DNA of 64,000 nucleotides from positions 18,104,001 to 18,168,000 of the forward strand of contig NC_043009.1 of NCBI RefSeq assembly GCF_006345805.1, in the 5' to 3' direction. Positions 26,641-39,045 of the stretch are shown here, in pieces (positions within the stretch are counted from its first letter, which is position 1; every line of letters begins with the position of its first letter). Below the pieces are notes generated by a model that was not told the DNA's origin, did not search any database, and saw nothing but the letters and a program-made list of their open reading frames with translations. Position numbers and translations under genes: made by a program. Origin of the DNA: Octopus sinensis (taxonomy: Eukaryota).

Positions 26641-26940
26641 CACCGTGATCACCGTGACCGACCAGGCTATCAGATGTTGCTACACATCGCTGGTCACAAT
26701 GCGCTTCGCATTGTTTTTAGCCTTCAAATGATGCCACCCCGCTGGCTAAGCGAGCAGGCCAACAGACGAAAAAGTGAGAGAAAGAGTGGTGAAATAGTAC
26801 AGCAGGGTTCGTCACCACCCCCTGCCGGAGCCTCGTGGAGCTTTAGGTGTTTTCGCTCAATAAACACTCACAACGCCTGGTCTGGGAATCGAAACCGCGG
26901 TCCTACAACCTCGAGTCCGCTGCCCTAACCACTGGGCCAT
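26641..26940 (-). mobile_element. SINE family E (tRNA-Arg-like head), near full length
   Basis: Minus strand atggcccagtggttagggcagcggactcg...gtttcgattcccagacc; 3' part repeated at 33941-34112. Confidence 0.88.
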
Positions 26941-26944
26941 GTAT

Positions 26945-27507
26945 ATATAGGGAGAGTTTAGGAAAGAAAAAAACAAAAGACGAAGACAGGTGGTGTAAAA
27001 AACAAACAGATGTATTAGTATAACGCCCAGGAACTGAAAAAGTCTTTTACGTTTTGAGCCTACGCTCTTCTACAGAAAGGGACACAGAAAAAAACAAGGA
27101 GAGAAAAAAAAATGTGTGTAGTGGCTACCGATCTATCATGGCGACTGTTGGACAGAAGGATCACACAGGAGAGCGAAGAAGTAACAGCCACTACACACAT
27201 TTTTTTTCTCTCTTTGTTTTTTTCTGTGTCCCTTTCTGTAGAAGAGCGTAGGCTCGAAACGTAAAAGACATTTTCGATTCCTTAGCGTTATACTAATATA
27301 TCTTTATTCTTTTACTTGTTTCAGTCATTTGACTGCGGCCATGCTGGAGCACCGCCTTTAGTCGAGCAAATCGACCCCGGGACTTATTCTTTGTAAACCC
27401 AGTACTTATTCTATCGGTCTGTTTTGCCGAACCGCTAAGTTACGGGGACGTAAACACACCAGCATCGGTTGTCAAGCAATGCTAGGGAGATAAACACAGA
27501 TATATAA

Positions 27508-27538
<31 letters not shown>

Positions 27539-27785
27539 ATATATACATATATACGACAGGCTTCTTTCAGTTTCCGTCTACCAAATCCACTCACAAGGCA
27601 TTGGTCGGCCCGGGGCTATAGCAGAAGACACTTGCCCAAGATGCCACGCAGTGGGACTGAACCCGGAACCATGTGGCTGGTTAGCAAGCTACTTACCACA
27701 CAGCCACTCCTGCGCCTATGTTTGTTTTGTACACCACCTGTCTTAGTCTTTTGTTTTTTTTCGTAAACTCTCCCTTTATATCACA
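26945..27785. mobile_element. Inverted Penelope-like pLTR pair; right arm interrupted by a SINE
   Basis: Left arm 26945-27126 is the reverse complement of 27186-27303 plus 27718-27785; each arm carries CTGTAGA-a-GAGC-gtag-GCTC-(G/A)AAAC-GTA. Confidence 0.8.
27304..27717 (-). mobile_element. SINE family B, full length
   Basis: Complete head aggcgcaggagtggctgtgtggtaag on the minus strand and a complete tail. Confidence 0.93.
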
Positions 27786-27937
27786 CGCTCATGTGGTCGC
27801 ACCAATTGATCCTGTCATTTCTTATCACACACGAACTTCTCCACTGGACTTTCTACCTATCTACCCTTTACGGATTGCCTTTTGGACATTTACCCTCCTG
27901 TTGCACCTCTCCTATCTACGGATCACTGTGGACTCTA

Positions 27938-28058
<121 letters not shown>

Positions 28059-29194
28059 CACAAATATTAAAAAAACACGGTGATGGAAGTAAAAAAACCC
28101 AAACAGAACAAACAAACGGCACAGGAAAATTTGGAAGATGTTTTTACATACGTTCTTCTAAGGAAAGGATAGATGAGGAGAGAAAAATAGAAAAATAATT
28201 CAAACGTGTCTCAGTTAGACGGTCTCTGCACACAAACAAATTTTTAATGTCCTGTGGAGCGGTAGTACTCTCTCGCTATCCAGAAAGTAAATTATGTAAG
28301 TCATTAAGTTATGTAGCTACGGCTTCTTTTCGCTCCACATTCGTAGAGTTCTATGCGTCAACAATAGAAAACAAGTGGGGGGGGGGGGGGTGATAATGAC
28401 TAGAAAGTTATTGCAGCAGATACGATTTCAGAACCGACATTTCTAATATAGTTCTCTGTACATTGACTACGTCCCCATTTCATGTGATTGCTTTCAGGTT
28501 TAGGAGTGGCAGCTAGCGGAGCAGAAAGAGCAGGTCACTCTATTGAGGAGCGACAAGCATCGGAATAGAAAGAGCTGTATTTGGAGGATCTGTAATCGTT
28601 GAACAGAATCTGGGTGGGCTGAACAAAAGACAGTTTATGACAGTTTATAAAAGGGACAGTGTCCACTTGTATCGTAGCAGCAGAATCTTTTAATAGAACG
28701 CTTGAGAGTATGTGGTGAGTGAAGATAGGAGAAGAAAGTTGGAAGAAAGATGATAGAGACAGAGATAAAGAGAAAATGAGAGTTTGTAAGAGAGGAAGAA
28801 AACTGGTTGAAGAAGGGGTGGGGAAGATGTGGTGCGTCGAGAGAGAAAAAGAAAATACAGTCAAAGATATTTTGTTGCAAAAGATTCAGAAAAAGATGCT
28901 GGAGATAGAAATGACATAGGAAGAGGAATTGGGGGAGAAAGAATAGAGAGATGAGGAAGAAAGAGAAGGGAGGGAGGGGAAGAAAAGAGGACATGGTGAT
29001 TATGCTTCCAATGACATTACTGACCATACACCAACATCTTTTTTCCATTTAAAAAAATTGTGGAAATTTAATACGTCATGAATTTAAATATTGCAAAACG
29101 TCATTTTAGTATTTAATGACACAAAATTAACAAATCGTTAAAAGAGTGCGTGTAACGTGTGTATTTGCGTATCTGTCCGTATGGCCGTGTAGTA

Positions 29195-29350
29195 AGCACA
29201 ACCATGGCTGTATGGTTAAGAAACTCGCTTTGCATCCACGTGGCTTTTGGTTAGTGTCTTCTATAATAGATCCAGGCTGAGTAATGCCTTAGGAGTGAAT
29301 TTGGTAGAGGAAAGGTGTTTAGAGGCCCGTTATGCGTGTGTGTGTGCGCG
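29195..29350 (+). mobile_element. SINE family B, old degenerate head
   Basis: catggctgtatggttaagaaactcgcttt...gagtgaatttggtagagg. Confidence 0.55.
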
Positions 29351-29454
29351 TCAAAAACCAGTAGCCAATGGACAGCACCATATAGTGCATATCCTGCTAA
29401 ATACTGCATTTAATTATTCAGCGAACATTATTTATTAGTGCAATGATAAGTTGC

Positions 29455-30720
29455 CCTATGTGAGGGATGTGCCAACATTGTCGGGGTAAAAGAGGAAAAC
29501 GTTGAAACAAGATTGATGCGTTATTCTATTGGAAAAGGTACCATACGTCTATTGGTTAAACCTGTAAAGCTACTGGAAATGTGATTGTTAGCTTCCACAA
29601 TAGAGTCGAAACGTTAGTTAATGATGACCACGAAGTGAGCTTCAAGTCAACATTCAAAGTACAAGAAATGTATCACCATTCCAACCCCAAGTGACTGATA
29701 CCATACTACGGTTCCATATTACAACCGATTTTACAAAAAGGATCTAAATATGCACTTGGAATTGTCATTGCTAAACACTGCATATTAGCCACTGAAGCAG
29801 GCAATAGACTGTAAAGACTAAATCGTTGTCGATTCAGTGAACCATCCTTCAGTATGGCTGCCTTAACCATGTGTGACCAGAAATATAGAAAAAGATATGT
29901 TAAGACAACAATGTCAAGAAAACAACCGAGAGGCAGAAACTATGACGTTCTTTAGTCTATGTTTATCTTTGTGGGTGTAAAATAAAGAAACTGCTTTGAA
30001 ATGCCACAAACCCAAGGAATCAAAACTGTATCGTGTATGGGCTTTTATGCATACAATTTCATATTTCGGGATAATTTCTTTGACTGCATGCAATGACGTC
30101 AAACTTTATTTTACCATTATCATTTTGACAGGCTTGTCAAGATGGAGACAGAATGGTTGTTATACATAAGGATACACTGAAAGGAATTGCGTGTGAAGTC
30201 ATGCAATTTATCTAAGACATAACATCAACAATGATTGGAGATAGAGTAACTGGTCTGGTGTGCATTGTTCCAACAAGTTTCACAGTTCAACATACATGTC
30301 TGAACGCACTCAAGACATCAAACTTTATTGAAGAATTTATAGAAGACCAGATCTCTTCATCACTTTTACCGGTAATGCTGCTCAGAAAGAAATAAGTGAG
30401 AAACTTTTCCCATGGTAGTATATCAGGGAAAGATAGAAACCAAAACGATGTCCCTTGTTACAAGAACGGTAGAAAGGAGACCTTCCTCATGCACACATTC
30501 TCATTTAGCTAGAAACAAAAACTCAAGTCAAATATACTTAATTATATCGGCAGATTTTCCAAATTCTATAAGTACCCAGAGGCTTCTTGTACCATCAAAG
30601 GAACAATGGTTGATGGCCCGCATGGGCTCTTCATCTCAGCAGCTTCTTGCATGGAAAAAAAGATCTTCATCAAAACTAATTGTAGAATTCTGTCACTCAG
30701 TCAAATCAATGAAATGTGTG
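29455..30720 (+). pseudogene. Helitron RepHel relic (Rep/HUH region)
   Basis: CQHC, TFKVQ, YDVL, KMETEWL.YIR, RPDLFITFT (30347), GDLPHAHILI (HUH motif, 30482), IISADFP, MVDGP; heavily mutated. Confidence 0.85.
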
Positions 30721-31854
30721 TAAGAATACGTTAGCAAGAGGTCTGATGCTGTTGCGATGAAGTGACGCGATTTCTGTTGAGAAGACACATTAGCAGCAAT
30801 GTTACCTTCTATCAAATTTATTAATTTCTAATTTGTGAATGACACCTGCTATGTAAAATGGACAGACGGAGAATACCATGTTTTCGTAATGAATTTTCTC
30901 TGATGAGGGCAGACTAAACATCTCTATTTTGGAGTTTAAAAAAGTCCCCGAGTTAAGTACGTTTTTTCAGGATCCTTGCTTTTTCGGCCAAACAAAGCTT
31001 ACGGCCCCGGTTATTATACTCACTAATATGTTTTATCGCTAGATCTACAAATGTGATTACGAATTAAAAGCAGCGCTAGTGTGTTTTAATATCCAGTACT
31101 AAGAGGGAATCTTTCCAAGAGTGCTGTGCCATAGCGAACTGGTGAACGAGCGTAACACATATAATTGAGTATGTCCAGTCGATAACACTTTATAACACTA
31201 GCGCTGTTTTTAATTCATAATTGAATCTAATTTACGTAAAGATTGCCGTGGCATACCAGCAAATACTTCTCACACTATCTGTAAATAGGGCTAAGAGAGC
31301 GTCATTCCCAGAGCGCTGTAGCGTAGCGAACCTGCGAACAAGTAAAACACATACATTGCGTATGTGCGGTCGATAATATGTACATATATATAAAGGGATT
31401 TAAGTTAACATCTGCAAATGTAGTGCACAATTTGTCTTTTACACAATACTCGTAATATTTTAATCAATGTTATCTATTTTAATTCTATTGTAAACAGAAC
31501 AACGTTCTAACACTATAACTTCTCTTAAAACATGGCAGAAGGCTTAAATAGTGACAGATGTAGTCTATATAATTTGGAAAATATCTTAACGAATTGTTAT
31601 TTGATATTGAATGATAAAATGTTAACTTAATTGTTACTGTTTTCATAAATATTTTCATGCATTTTTAGCTCGTTATATATTCTACCGCCTGAGCATCAAA
31701 ACCATTCATACAATACACATAAGCTCACAAATATGTGTCTTCAGTCTTATAAAGAGAGTGTTTTGATTTGATGGTTATATAGTTACTGTTTCTAGCATGT
31801 TGAAAGATATCGGACTTAGCTTTTTTACACTGTGGCTGATAATAATGCTAGCAT

Positions 31855-32520
31855 TTGTCGTAACGCTCTGAGTTCAAATTCCGCCAAGTCCGACATTTGA
31901 CTTTCATATTTTCGGGGTCGATAAAATAAGTACCAGTTGAGCACTGGCGCCGATGTAAACCACTTAGCCCCTTCCCAGAAATTGCCTTGAAACCAATATC
32001 AATGGTAGCATTTCATCCCTTTCGGGGGTCAATAAAATAAGTACCAGATGAGAACTGGGATCGACGTAGTCAACTATCCTCATTCCCCCAAATTCCATGC
32101 CTTGTGGCTACAGCGAAAAGGAATATTCATGGAAGCAATGACAATTGTATTATGATAGTGGTTAATTATATTTTGATCACTAAAGGCGGCGAGCTGGCAG
32201 AACCGTTAGCACGCCGGGCGAAATGCGTAGCCGTATTTCGTCTGTCGTTACGTTCCAAGTTCAAATTCCTCCGAAGTCGACTTTTCCTTTCATCCTTTCG
32301 GGGTCGATAAATAAAGTACTATTTTCGCACTGGGGTCGATGTAATCGACTTAATCTGTCCTTGTTTGTCCCCTTTGTGTTTAGCCTCTTGTGGGCAATAA
32401 AAAAAAATACTTTGATCAATATGATAATATATGGTTCCACCCCTTTACTTTCTGAGTTCAAATCCCGCTGAGGTCAAACAACTTTGCCTTTCACCCCTTC
32501 AAAGTTGATAAAATAAAATG
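31855..32520 (+). mobile_element. Cluster of SINE family C copies and fragments
   Basis: Four occurrences of the ctgagttcaaat...cctttcggggtcgataaa module; full head at 32184. Confidence 0.85.
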
Positions 32521-32577
32521 CGGATCTTGTTGAACTTCTTCCACCCACTCGAAGTTTTTTAAAATTTTCACCAGATT

Positions 32578-33444
32578 ATGAATTTGATCAGATAATAGTC
32601 TTGACTATTAATTCTGCTATTAAGGGAAACCATTGGGCCGGCGGATTTCCAAGATATAACCCCTCCAGATCATCACAAATCCTCCTCCATGTTTAACAGT
32701 TGGAAGAAGGCAAATGCTTCTTTTGGCTGTCTCCACTCGTATACTCGGCCGGTAGTCGGAAATAAGGTAAAGGACGACTCGTCTGAGAAAAGGACGACTC
32801 GTCTGAGAAAATAATATTCTTCCATTCCTCTGGGGACCAATTCAGTAGGTTTTTACACCACCCTAAACGCTTTGCAATATTTACTTTTGAAAGAAGTGGT
32901 TTTCTGATTGAAGCCCTCCCGTGAAATTGAGTTTTGTGCAGCTCCCAGCGAATAGTTTTTCTGGAAAGTGGGTTCTTGAGGTGGTCATTAAGGTCTGCAG
33001 TAATTCTGGGGGCTGTACTTTTGTGATCCTTTCTAACAATTCGCGTAAGACTCCGACGGTCTCTATCTTAAAGTTTTGGTTTTCTTCCGTAGTTTTGTTT
33101 CGACGTGGATGTTTTTCCCTCTTTTTCCAAGGCAGTCATTATTTTCGAGACAGTACTTCTTGATACACCAAACATTTCGGCTGTTTTCGTTACGCTAGCA
33201 CCTGCCATACGAGCACCAATAATTTGACCTCTTTGAAAGTCCGATAGATCTGTCATTTTAATGAATTTTAATTACCTTTTTCTGATGATATTTGAAAAGA
33301 AACAGCAATTTTAGCAAAACATATTAAGCAACACTAATAATAAAACAAAGAACATAAAAATAAACAAACTTTTGACGGTTTTATAAATATTTCAAAATTG
33401 TGATGCTATGATGCTAGATGTTTCCATTATTTCGTCCAGTCCCA

Positions 33445-33450
<6 letters not shown>
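32578..33450 (-). mobile_element. Tc1 element: TIR plus N-terminal half of transposase
   Basis: Terminus next to (TA)n; MTDLSDFQRGQIIGARMAGASVTKTAEMFGVSRSTVS...GRKPKL; FSDESSF (tandemly duplicated); ends at SDQIH. Confidence 0.9.
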
Positions 33451-33500
<50 letters not shown>

Positions 33501-33644
33501 TATATATATACTCCATTCCTTAACTCTTGTATTCTTATTCCAGCAATCATGGTTGCCTACCGTGAAATATAAAAGGAAGAAATCCACAACCTTCCGTCTC
33601 AATAAACCACTATTGTACCTGAAAGATGTTTTTTATATTTACTA

Positions 33645-33832
33645 CAGGACTTATTCTTTGTAAGCCTAGTACTTATTCTATCGGTCTCTTTTGCCGAACC
33701 GTTAAGTTATGGGGACGTAAACATACCTGCATCGGTTGTCAAGCGATGTTGGGGGGACTAGCACAGAGGGATTGAACCCGGAGCCATGTGGTTGGGAAGC
33801 GAACTTCTTATTACACAGTCACGCCTGCGCCT
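33645..33832 (-). mobile_element. SINE family B, internally deleted
   Basis: Head aggcgcaggcgtgactgtg joined directly to the 3' module. Confidence 0.8.
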
Positions 33833-33900
33833 ATAAAAGATTATATATATATGTATATATACATGTGTGTGTGTGTGTGTATGTGTATATATATATATAT

Positions 33901-33940
<40 letters not shown>

Positions 33941-33943
<3 letters not shown>

Positions 33944-34112
33944 TGTGATCACAGTGACTGACCAGGCTATCAGATGTTGCTACACATCGCTGGTCACAAT
34001 GCGCTTCGCATTGTTTTAGCCTTCAAATGACGCCACCCCGCTGGCTAAGCGAACAGGCCAACAGAAGAATGAGTGAGAGAAAGTTGTGGCGAAAGAGTAC
34101 AGCAGGGATTGC
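33941..34112 (-). mobile_element. SINE family E 3' part
   Basis: Near-identical to 26641-26815. Confidence 0.88.
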
Positions 34113-34119
34113 CATAACC

Positions 34120-34155
<36 letters not shown>

Positions 34156-34253
34156 CGTTTGAAGATGATGTACAGGTATTATATATTAGTAAAATTGAGG
34201 TACTCAGAAATCTGGATGGTTTTATATTTACAGATTTTTATTAATATGTTACA

Positions 34254-34499
34254 TGTTTCCGGAGGGAAACGCAATCTTTCAGGATGACAATGCACTGATT
34301 CATACAGCTAAAGTTGTTACTGAATGGCACAAGGAACTTTCTATTGAAGTTGAACATCTTATCTGGCCACTACAGTTCCCAGATCTTAATATTACTGAAC
34401 ATTTATGGTGCATTTAGAAAAACAAGCAAGGAGTCGATATGATCCACCATCATCACTACAATAACTGGAGACTGTTTTAACTGAAGAATGGACAATTTA
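34254..34499 (+). pseudogene. Tc1 transposase C-terminal half
   Basis: FPEGNAIFQDDNALIHTAK...WPLQFPDLNITEHLW: second D and E regions of DD34E. Confidence 0.9.
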
Positions 34500-34524
34500 T
34501 AATATATATATATATATATATATA

Positions 34525-34561
<37 letters not shown>

Positions 34562-34686
34562 GAGTGTAGAAATCGGGGTGAGTACTTGATAATTATAAGC
34601 ACCTGTGTATACCGTTTGGTGGTGTAGGTGGTGGAGTAAATTGATCAAAATAAAAATAAAAATAAAAACATGAGGCGAAGGATTCA

Positions 34687-34761
34687 GCGGTACATATGTT
34701 TCGGCCTTTATTAGACAGATTCATAACAATCATAATGTATGTCTGTGGCCTTCTTCAGCGC
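34687..34761 (-). ncRNA. Mirror hammerhead-like motif in the left arm of the palindrome
   Basis: Reverse complement gcg-CTGAAGA-a-GGCC...GGCC-GAAAC-atat-GTA-ccgc. Confidence 0.65.
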
Positions 34762-34962
34762 GCACAACAGCTTCCACAAGGACATGTGTTACTTCCGAAA
34801 TCTTGGTTGGGGATGCCAAATCTTCTCGTTCCCGTACGACATAATGCGGCAGCAGCATCGAATTGATGCTGCTGCCGCATTATGTCGTACGGGAACGAGA
34901 AGATTTGCATCCCCAACCAAGAATTTCGGAAGTAACACATGTCCTTGTGGAAGCTGTTGTGC

Positions 34963-35040
34963 GCGGCTGAAGAAGGCCACAGACATACATTATGATTTGT
35001 TATGAATCTGTCTAATAAAGGCCCGAAACATATGTACCGC
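34963..35040 (+). ncRNA. Hammerhead-like motif in the right arm of the palindrome
   Basis: gcgg-CTGAAGA-a-GGCC...GGCC(c)-GAAAC-atat-GTA-ccgc. Confidence 0.7.
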
Positions 35041-35154
35041 TGAATCCTTCGCCTCATGTTTTTATTTTTATTTTTATTTTGATCAATTATATATAATATA
35101 TATAATATATTATATATAATATATTATATATATATGTATGTATATATTATATAT

Positions 35155-35188
<34 letters not shown>

Positions 35189-35234
35189 ATATATAATATA
35201 TATATATAATATATTACACATAATATATACATGC

Positions 35235-35267
<33 letters not shown>

Positions 35268-35851
35268 ATATCAGTGATATATTGAAAAATTCTGTGACCT
35301 CTCCAATGAATGTTCCTTTCCTCCTTTGATTTTCCTAATGCCCTCCTTTCCGATGAATTGTTCCAACCACTTTCACTGATTTATTTCCTATGATTTGTCT
35401 TTTCCTTTTTACCCCGATCTTTGACTTCTGACTTTGTATTCTGAAGCTTTTTTTTTTCGTTTCTGTGACTTTATTTCCGTTCACCTATATACACCCCAAC
35501 AATATAAATATATACACCTACTTTGTAAACAGAGACACCAAAAAAGAAAAGAAAAAAAAGAAGAAAGAAAGAACACGGAAACAACCTGGAAAATGCCTGT
35601 TTTCAATCGTACAAAAACATGGCAGACACGCGTGCGTATATAGATGCATTGTACATATAGTCGTGTTAAGTGTGTGTATGCGTGTGCGTAAGCATTTGTG
35701 GTTAATGTCTGCTTTAGTTGAGCTATCACTAAGCATGAGTGCAGGACAAACATAATAATTGAAAACCGCATTCAATGTTGATTGACGTTCATTTAAAAAT
35801 TCATTTTACTACAACCTGATTTCTTTTTTTTGTGAGGTGGGGGGGATCTTC

Positions 35852-36259
35852 GGATCTTTTCGGTTTGAACGGCAGTTTTTAACATAATTTCTAGGTAACT
35901 AAAAAATTTTAAACTTCGTATACTGGTAGAATGTGTTTATAAAACATATTTTTCTCTTGGCTTTATTGAGAAAATTCTATAGTTTGTAAGATATTTGTTG
36001 TTTTTTTCCTTCAATTTCTGGAATTTCAACCAATCAATGACGTCCATTGAGGTAAAAAACATCCTGTGCCGTATGAATATGTCCCTCGTTTAAGAAAGAG
36101 AATGGGTTTATTTACATTTGTGAAGAATAAAAGATACCCTTCCCCCACCCCTAACCCTAACCCTAAAACAGATTGAAATGCAATAGATCGATACTAGGGT
36201 CATAATTATGTGTGACAATTTCATATGACACCGCTAGAAAAAACTGCCGTTCAAACCGA
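35852..36259. mobile_element. Third GGATCT-terminal MITE with internal (CCCTAA)3
   Basis: TIRs ggatcttttcggtttgaacggcagttttt / aaaaaactgccgttcaaaccga (right tip missing). Confidence 0.8.
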
Positions 36260-37014
36260 GTCGTTGCAACATTTAAGTGCAAATTCCAGCGAGCCGTTCA
36301 TTTCTCCGAGGGCGATAAAATAGAGTACCAGTTAATTACTGGAGTAAGAATAATCGACGAAAACCGACCTTCAAATATCAGGTTCTCTCTCTGTCCATGT
36401 AACAAATTATAATTATATTTTATTTTTATTTTTTTTAATGTGAATACTGTAGAGACAATGAAATTTCCAATGACCTCTATAAAGTTGTTATCTACAAATG
36501 TATTCAGTTATAATGGGTGCGTGTCTAAATTTGTGCATATATAGAAATATGTGTGTGTGTGTGTGTGTATACATATATATAAATAGAGAGAGAGAGGGAA
36601 AGAGAAAGAGAGAGAGAAAGAGACAGACAGAGACAGACGGACAGAGAGACAGACAGGCAGACAGAGCAAGTTTACTTTTCCGTTAAAGTAGGATCTACAA
36701 AAAGTATTCCATCCGGTGAGAGTTAAATAGCGTTTTATGTACACAGTATATAGTTACGAGATACTAATATTGTTGTACGTTGGAGACGTGTTCTAGGCAC
36801 CGAGTGTCTCCAAACATTCCCTAGGCTATGGGCATACCGTCTATAAATGTTACATATTACGACAATAAAGCAAGATTGCAACTTGCATTGTAACTTGTAT
36901 AGATCATGTGCACAGAGCCCAAGATTGCTTGGAAACACTGAGCGTGTTATTGAAACCTGCCTAGTAACTCATAATTATATATATATATATATATAGTGTG
37001 TGTGTGTGTGTGTG

Positions 37015-37818
37015 TGTGGTCTTATCAATTAATTTCCGGACTGTTGCCATAGTAACGAAGCTAAAGCGCGCAGAGTGAAGCTGCTTGGCATAGCTTGACC
37101 TTGAACACTGTTGTGCATGCGCACTACGTTTTAGCGCTCTAGCTCACTTCCGCTCTTGACAGCAGTACTTGGAAGGAAGGTATGTAGCGTGTGATTGTCG
37201 CATTGACCATGACAGTGAAATTTTACCAAAAGCTTGGCGATATATACTCAGAGGCCGACGCAAAGTTTTCAAAAAGTTTTCATCATTCTCGATACAATCA
37301 AGGAGATCTTGGGCAACTGAAACCCGAGTGTCTTTTGATCAGCTGAAAGTAGTTTTAGCATAAACTTGGCAGACACGCATCAGTGATAATGGACTGAAGT
37401 GAACAGTAACTAATCTGCTCATCCTCTGATAACTCATGGATGGTGATTCAACGATTTCCCCTCAGAGCTGCACGTCCATCTGCGATTTTTTTCTCAGTTC
37501 TGCTGGTTGCTGGTCTTCCAGAACGTTCGTCACTGTCGATAGTTTTCAGCTCATACACTCCTCTCCATACACTTTCTGCAACTTTGCGTAGGCCTCTGAG
37601 CAGGTATTGCCAAGCTTTTGGCAAAATTTGATGCAGATTCATGGTCAATGCCACGATCACGCACTAAACACGTTCCTTCCAAGCACTTCTGTAAACAACG
37701 GAAGTGAGCTAGAGTTTTAAAATCTAATGCGCCAAGCAACTTTTGCCAAGCGGCTTCACGCTGCGTGCTTCAGCTTCATTACTATGGCAACAGTGCAAAT
37801 ACTTACTGATCAGGCCTC

Positions 37819-37819
<1 letters not shown>
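37015..37819 (-). mobile_element. Mariner derivative built from two inverted left ends, carrying a decayed transposase N-terminus
   Basis: Minus strand encodes IKFCQKLGNTCSEAYAKLQKVYG, DERSGRPATSRT and DLLDCIENDENFLKT; 37018-37265 is an inverted copy of the same left end. Confidence 0.85.
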
Positions 37820-37856
<37 letters not shown>

Positions 37857-38069
37857 ATATATACAGAAGATATGACCAGTTTAGGTGAAGGTAACCCAAA
37901 CTGAGTGCTCCAGTAAGTAATCGATACGACGATCCAATAGCTGGGATATCCCAGAAACAGTTTTGTATTATTTTACAATGTTCAGATAAAGTTAGACATG
38001 TTTCGACCAAAGAGTAAGCCAGGCCATATATAACTTCATAGCACCACCAGATAGGATTTGCTAAATCAT

Positions 38070-39045
38070 TTTAAAGTCAAGTTTTCTGGTATCCTAGCCT
38101 ATTCGAGTAGAGCGTTCTTGTTGAGTGAGTTGTATCCATTACTAACAGCTTTCCTAGCGCCACAGTAGCAAACCCGACAGTCCGTATATCAGCAGAAACA
38201 GATCCAGTACCACCGCCAGCAATAACAGCAGTAATAGCAATAATGGCAACAGCAATAATGGCAGTGGCCCTAGCAGAAACGCCAGGAAAACCGCTGCAAA
38301 TGACATCTCTAGCAGCAATGGCAACTCTCCCACCCATGACAAGGGCCACAATAACAGCAGCACTTTCATCATCACCGGCATTGACGATACCATTACCGCC
38401 GCCCCCATCTCCACCTCCAGCGACGCCAACACCAGCAGTTCCAGCTCCAACAACAATGATGACAGCGGCAACAACAACAGCAATAACACTCAGCAGATAC
38501 AGTCACAACTCCGACAACACACGCCCACGGAGATACATTGAATGTTCCGGAAACTCTTTCAAGCAACGTCTCTCCAGCCACGGGTCCACCTTCAGAGTTT
38601 CGGAAAGGAGATACGTAACATCGTTAGCCAGCCATGTATGGAAACTGAGAAACGATGGGATTCCATACTCCATCTCATGAAAAATTCCCAAGAAACCAGG
38701 CCCCTACATCAACGGGACAAACGATGTAAATTATGCATAGCTGAACGGGCGAGAATCCTGAAAGACTCCTTCGAACCAGGGAACATTCTTAACTCCAGAA
38801 CGGAGATTTTCCGGCCATGTTTATATTTCAGGGGGTTCTTGCTAGCCTTCTGGAGTCCACAAATGACAGTACAGCCAGAAGTCGATATCGAAAGCCAAGG
38901 GAAATAATCTCCATTGCTACCTTTGAGTAGTGAGGCATTTCCTCCTTTATATTTTAAAGAGGTCTTGAACCAACAGGTTTTGGAATCTGACGATATGTCA
39001 TAAAGTTAAACCCTTTATGGACGGGAAAACTAAGATAATCCAATA
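38070..39045 (+). mobile_element. Penelope-like element 3' fragment: GIY-YIG endonuclease pseudogene plus downstream pLTR
   Basis: RRYIECSGNSFKQRLSSH...TSLASHVWKL...CKLCIAERARI...LNSRTEIFRPC; degenerate hammerhead-like motif CTGACGA...GAAA at 38982-39041. Confidence 0.8.

Larger units (their letters stand above)
34639..35088. repeat. Near-perfect 450-bp palindrome (arms about 221 and 224 bp, 5-nt loop)
   Basis: Arms differ only by about five single-base indels; centre gcagcatc-gaatt-gatgctgc. Confidence 0.95.

Noticed and set aside
28498-28720. Exon after tgattgctttcag (GLGVAASGAERA...)
   Set aside because: Weak donor, early stop if unspliced, no recognisable protein
36149-36166. Interstitial telomere (CCCTAA)3
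   Set aside because: Only three units, lying inside a TIR-bounded MITE
38670-38685. In-frame TGA as selenocysteine in a Penelope-like ORF
   Set aside because: Falls at a position expected to be Trp (TGG to TGA) next to a frameshift; ordinary decay
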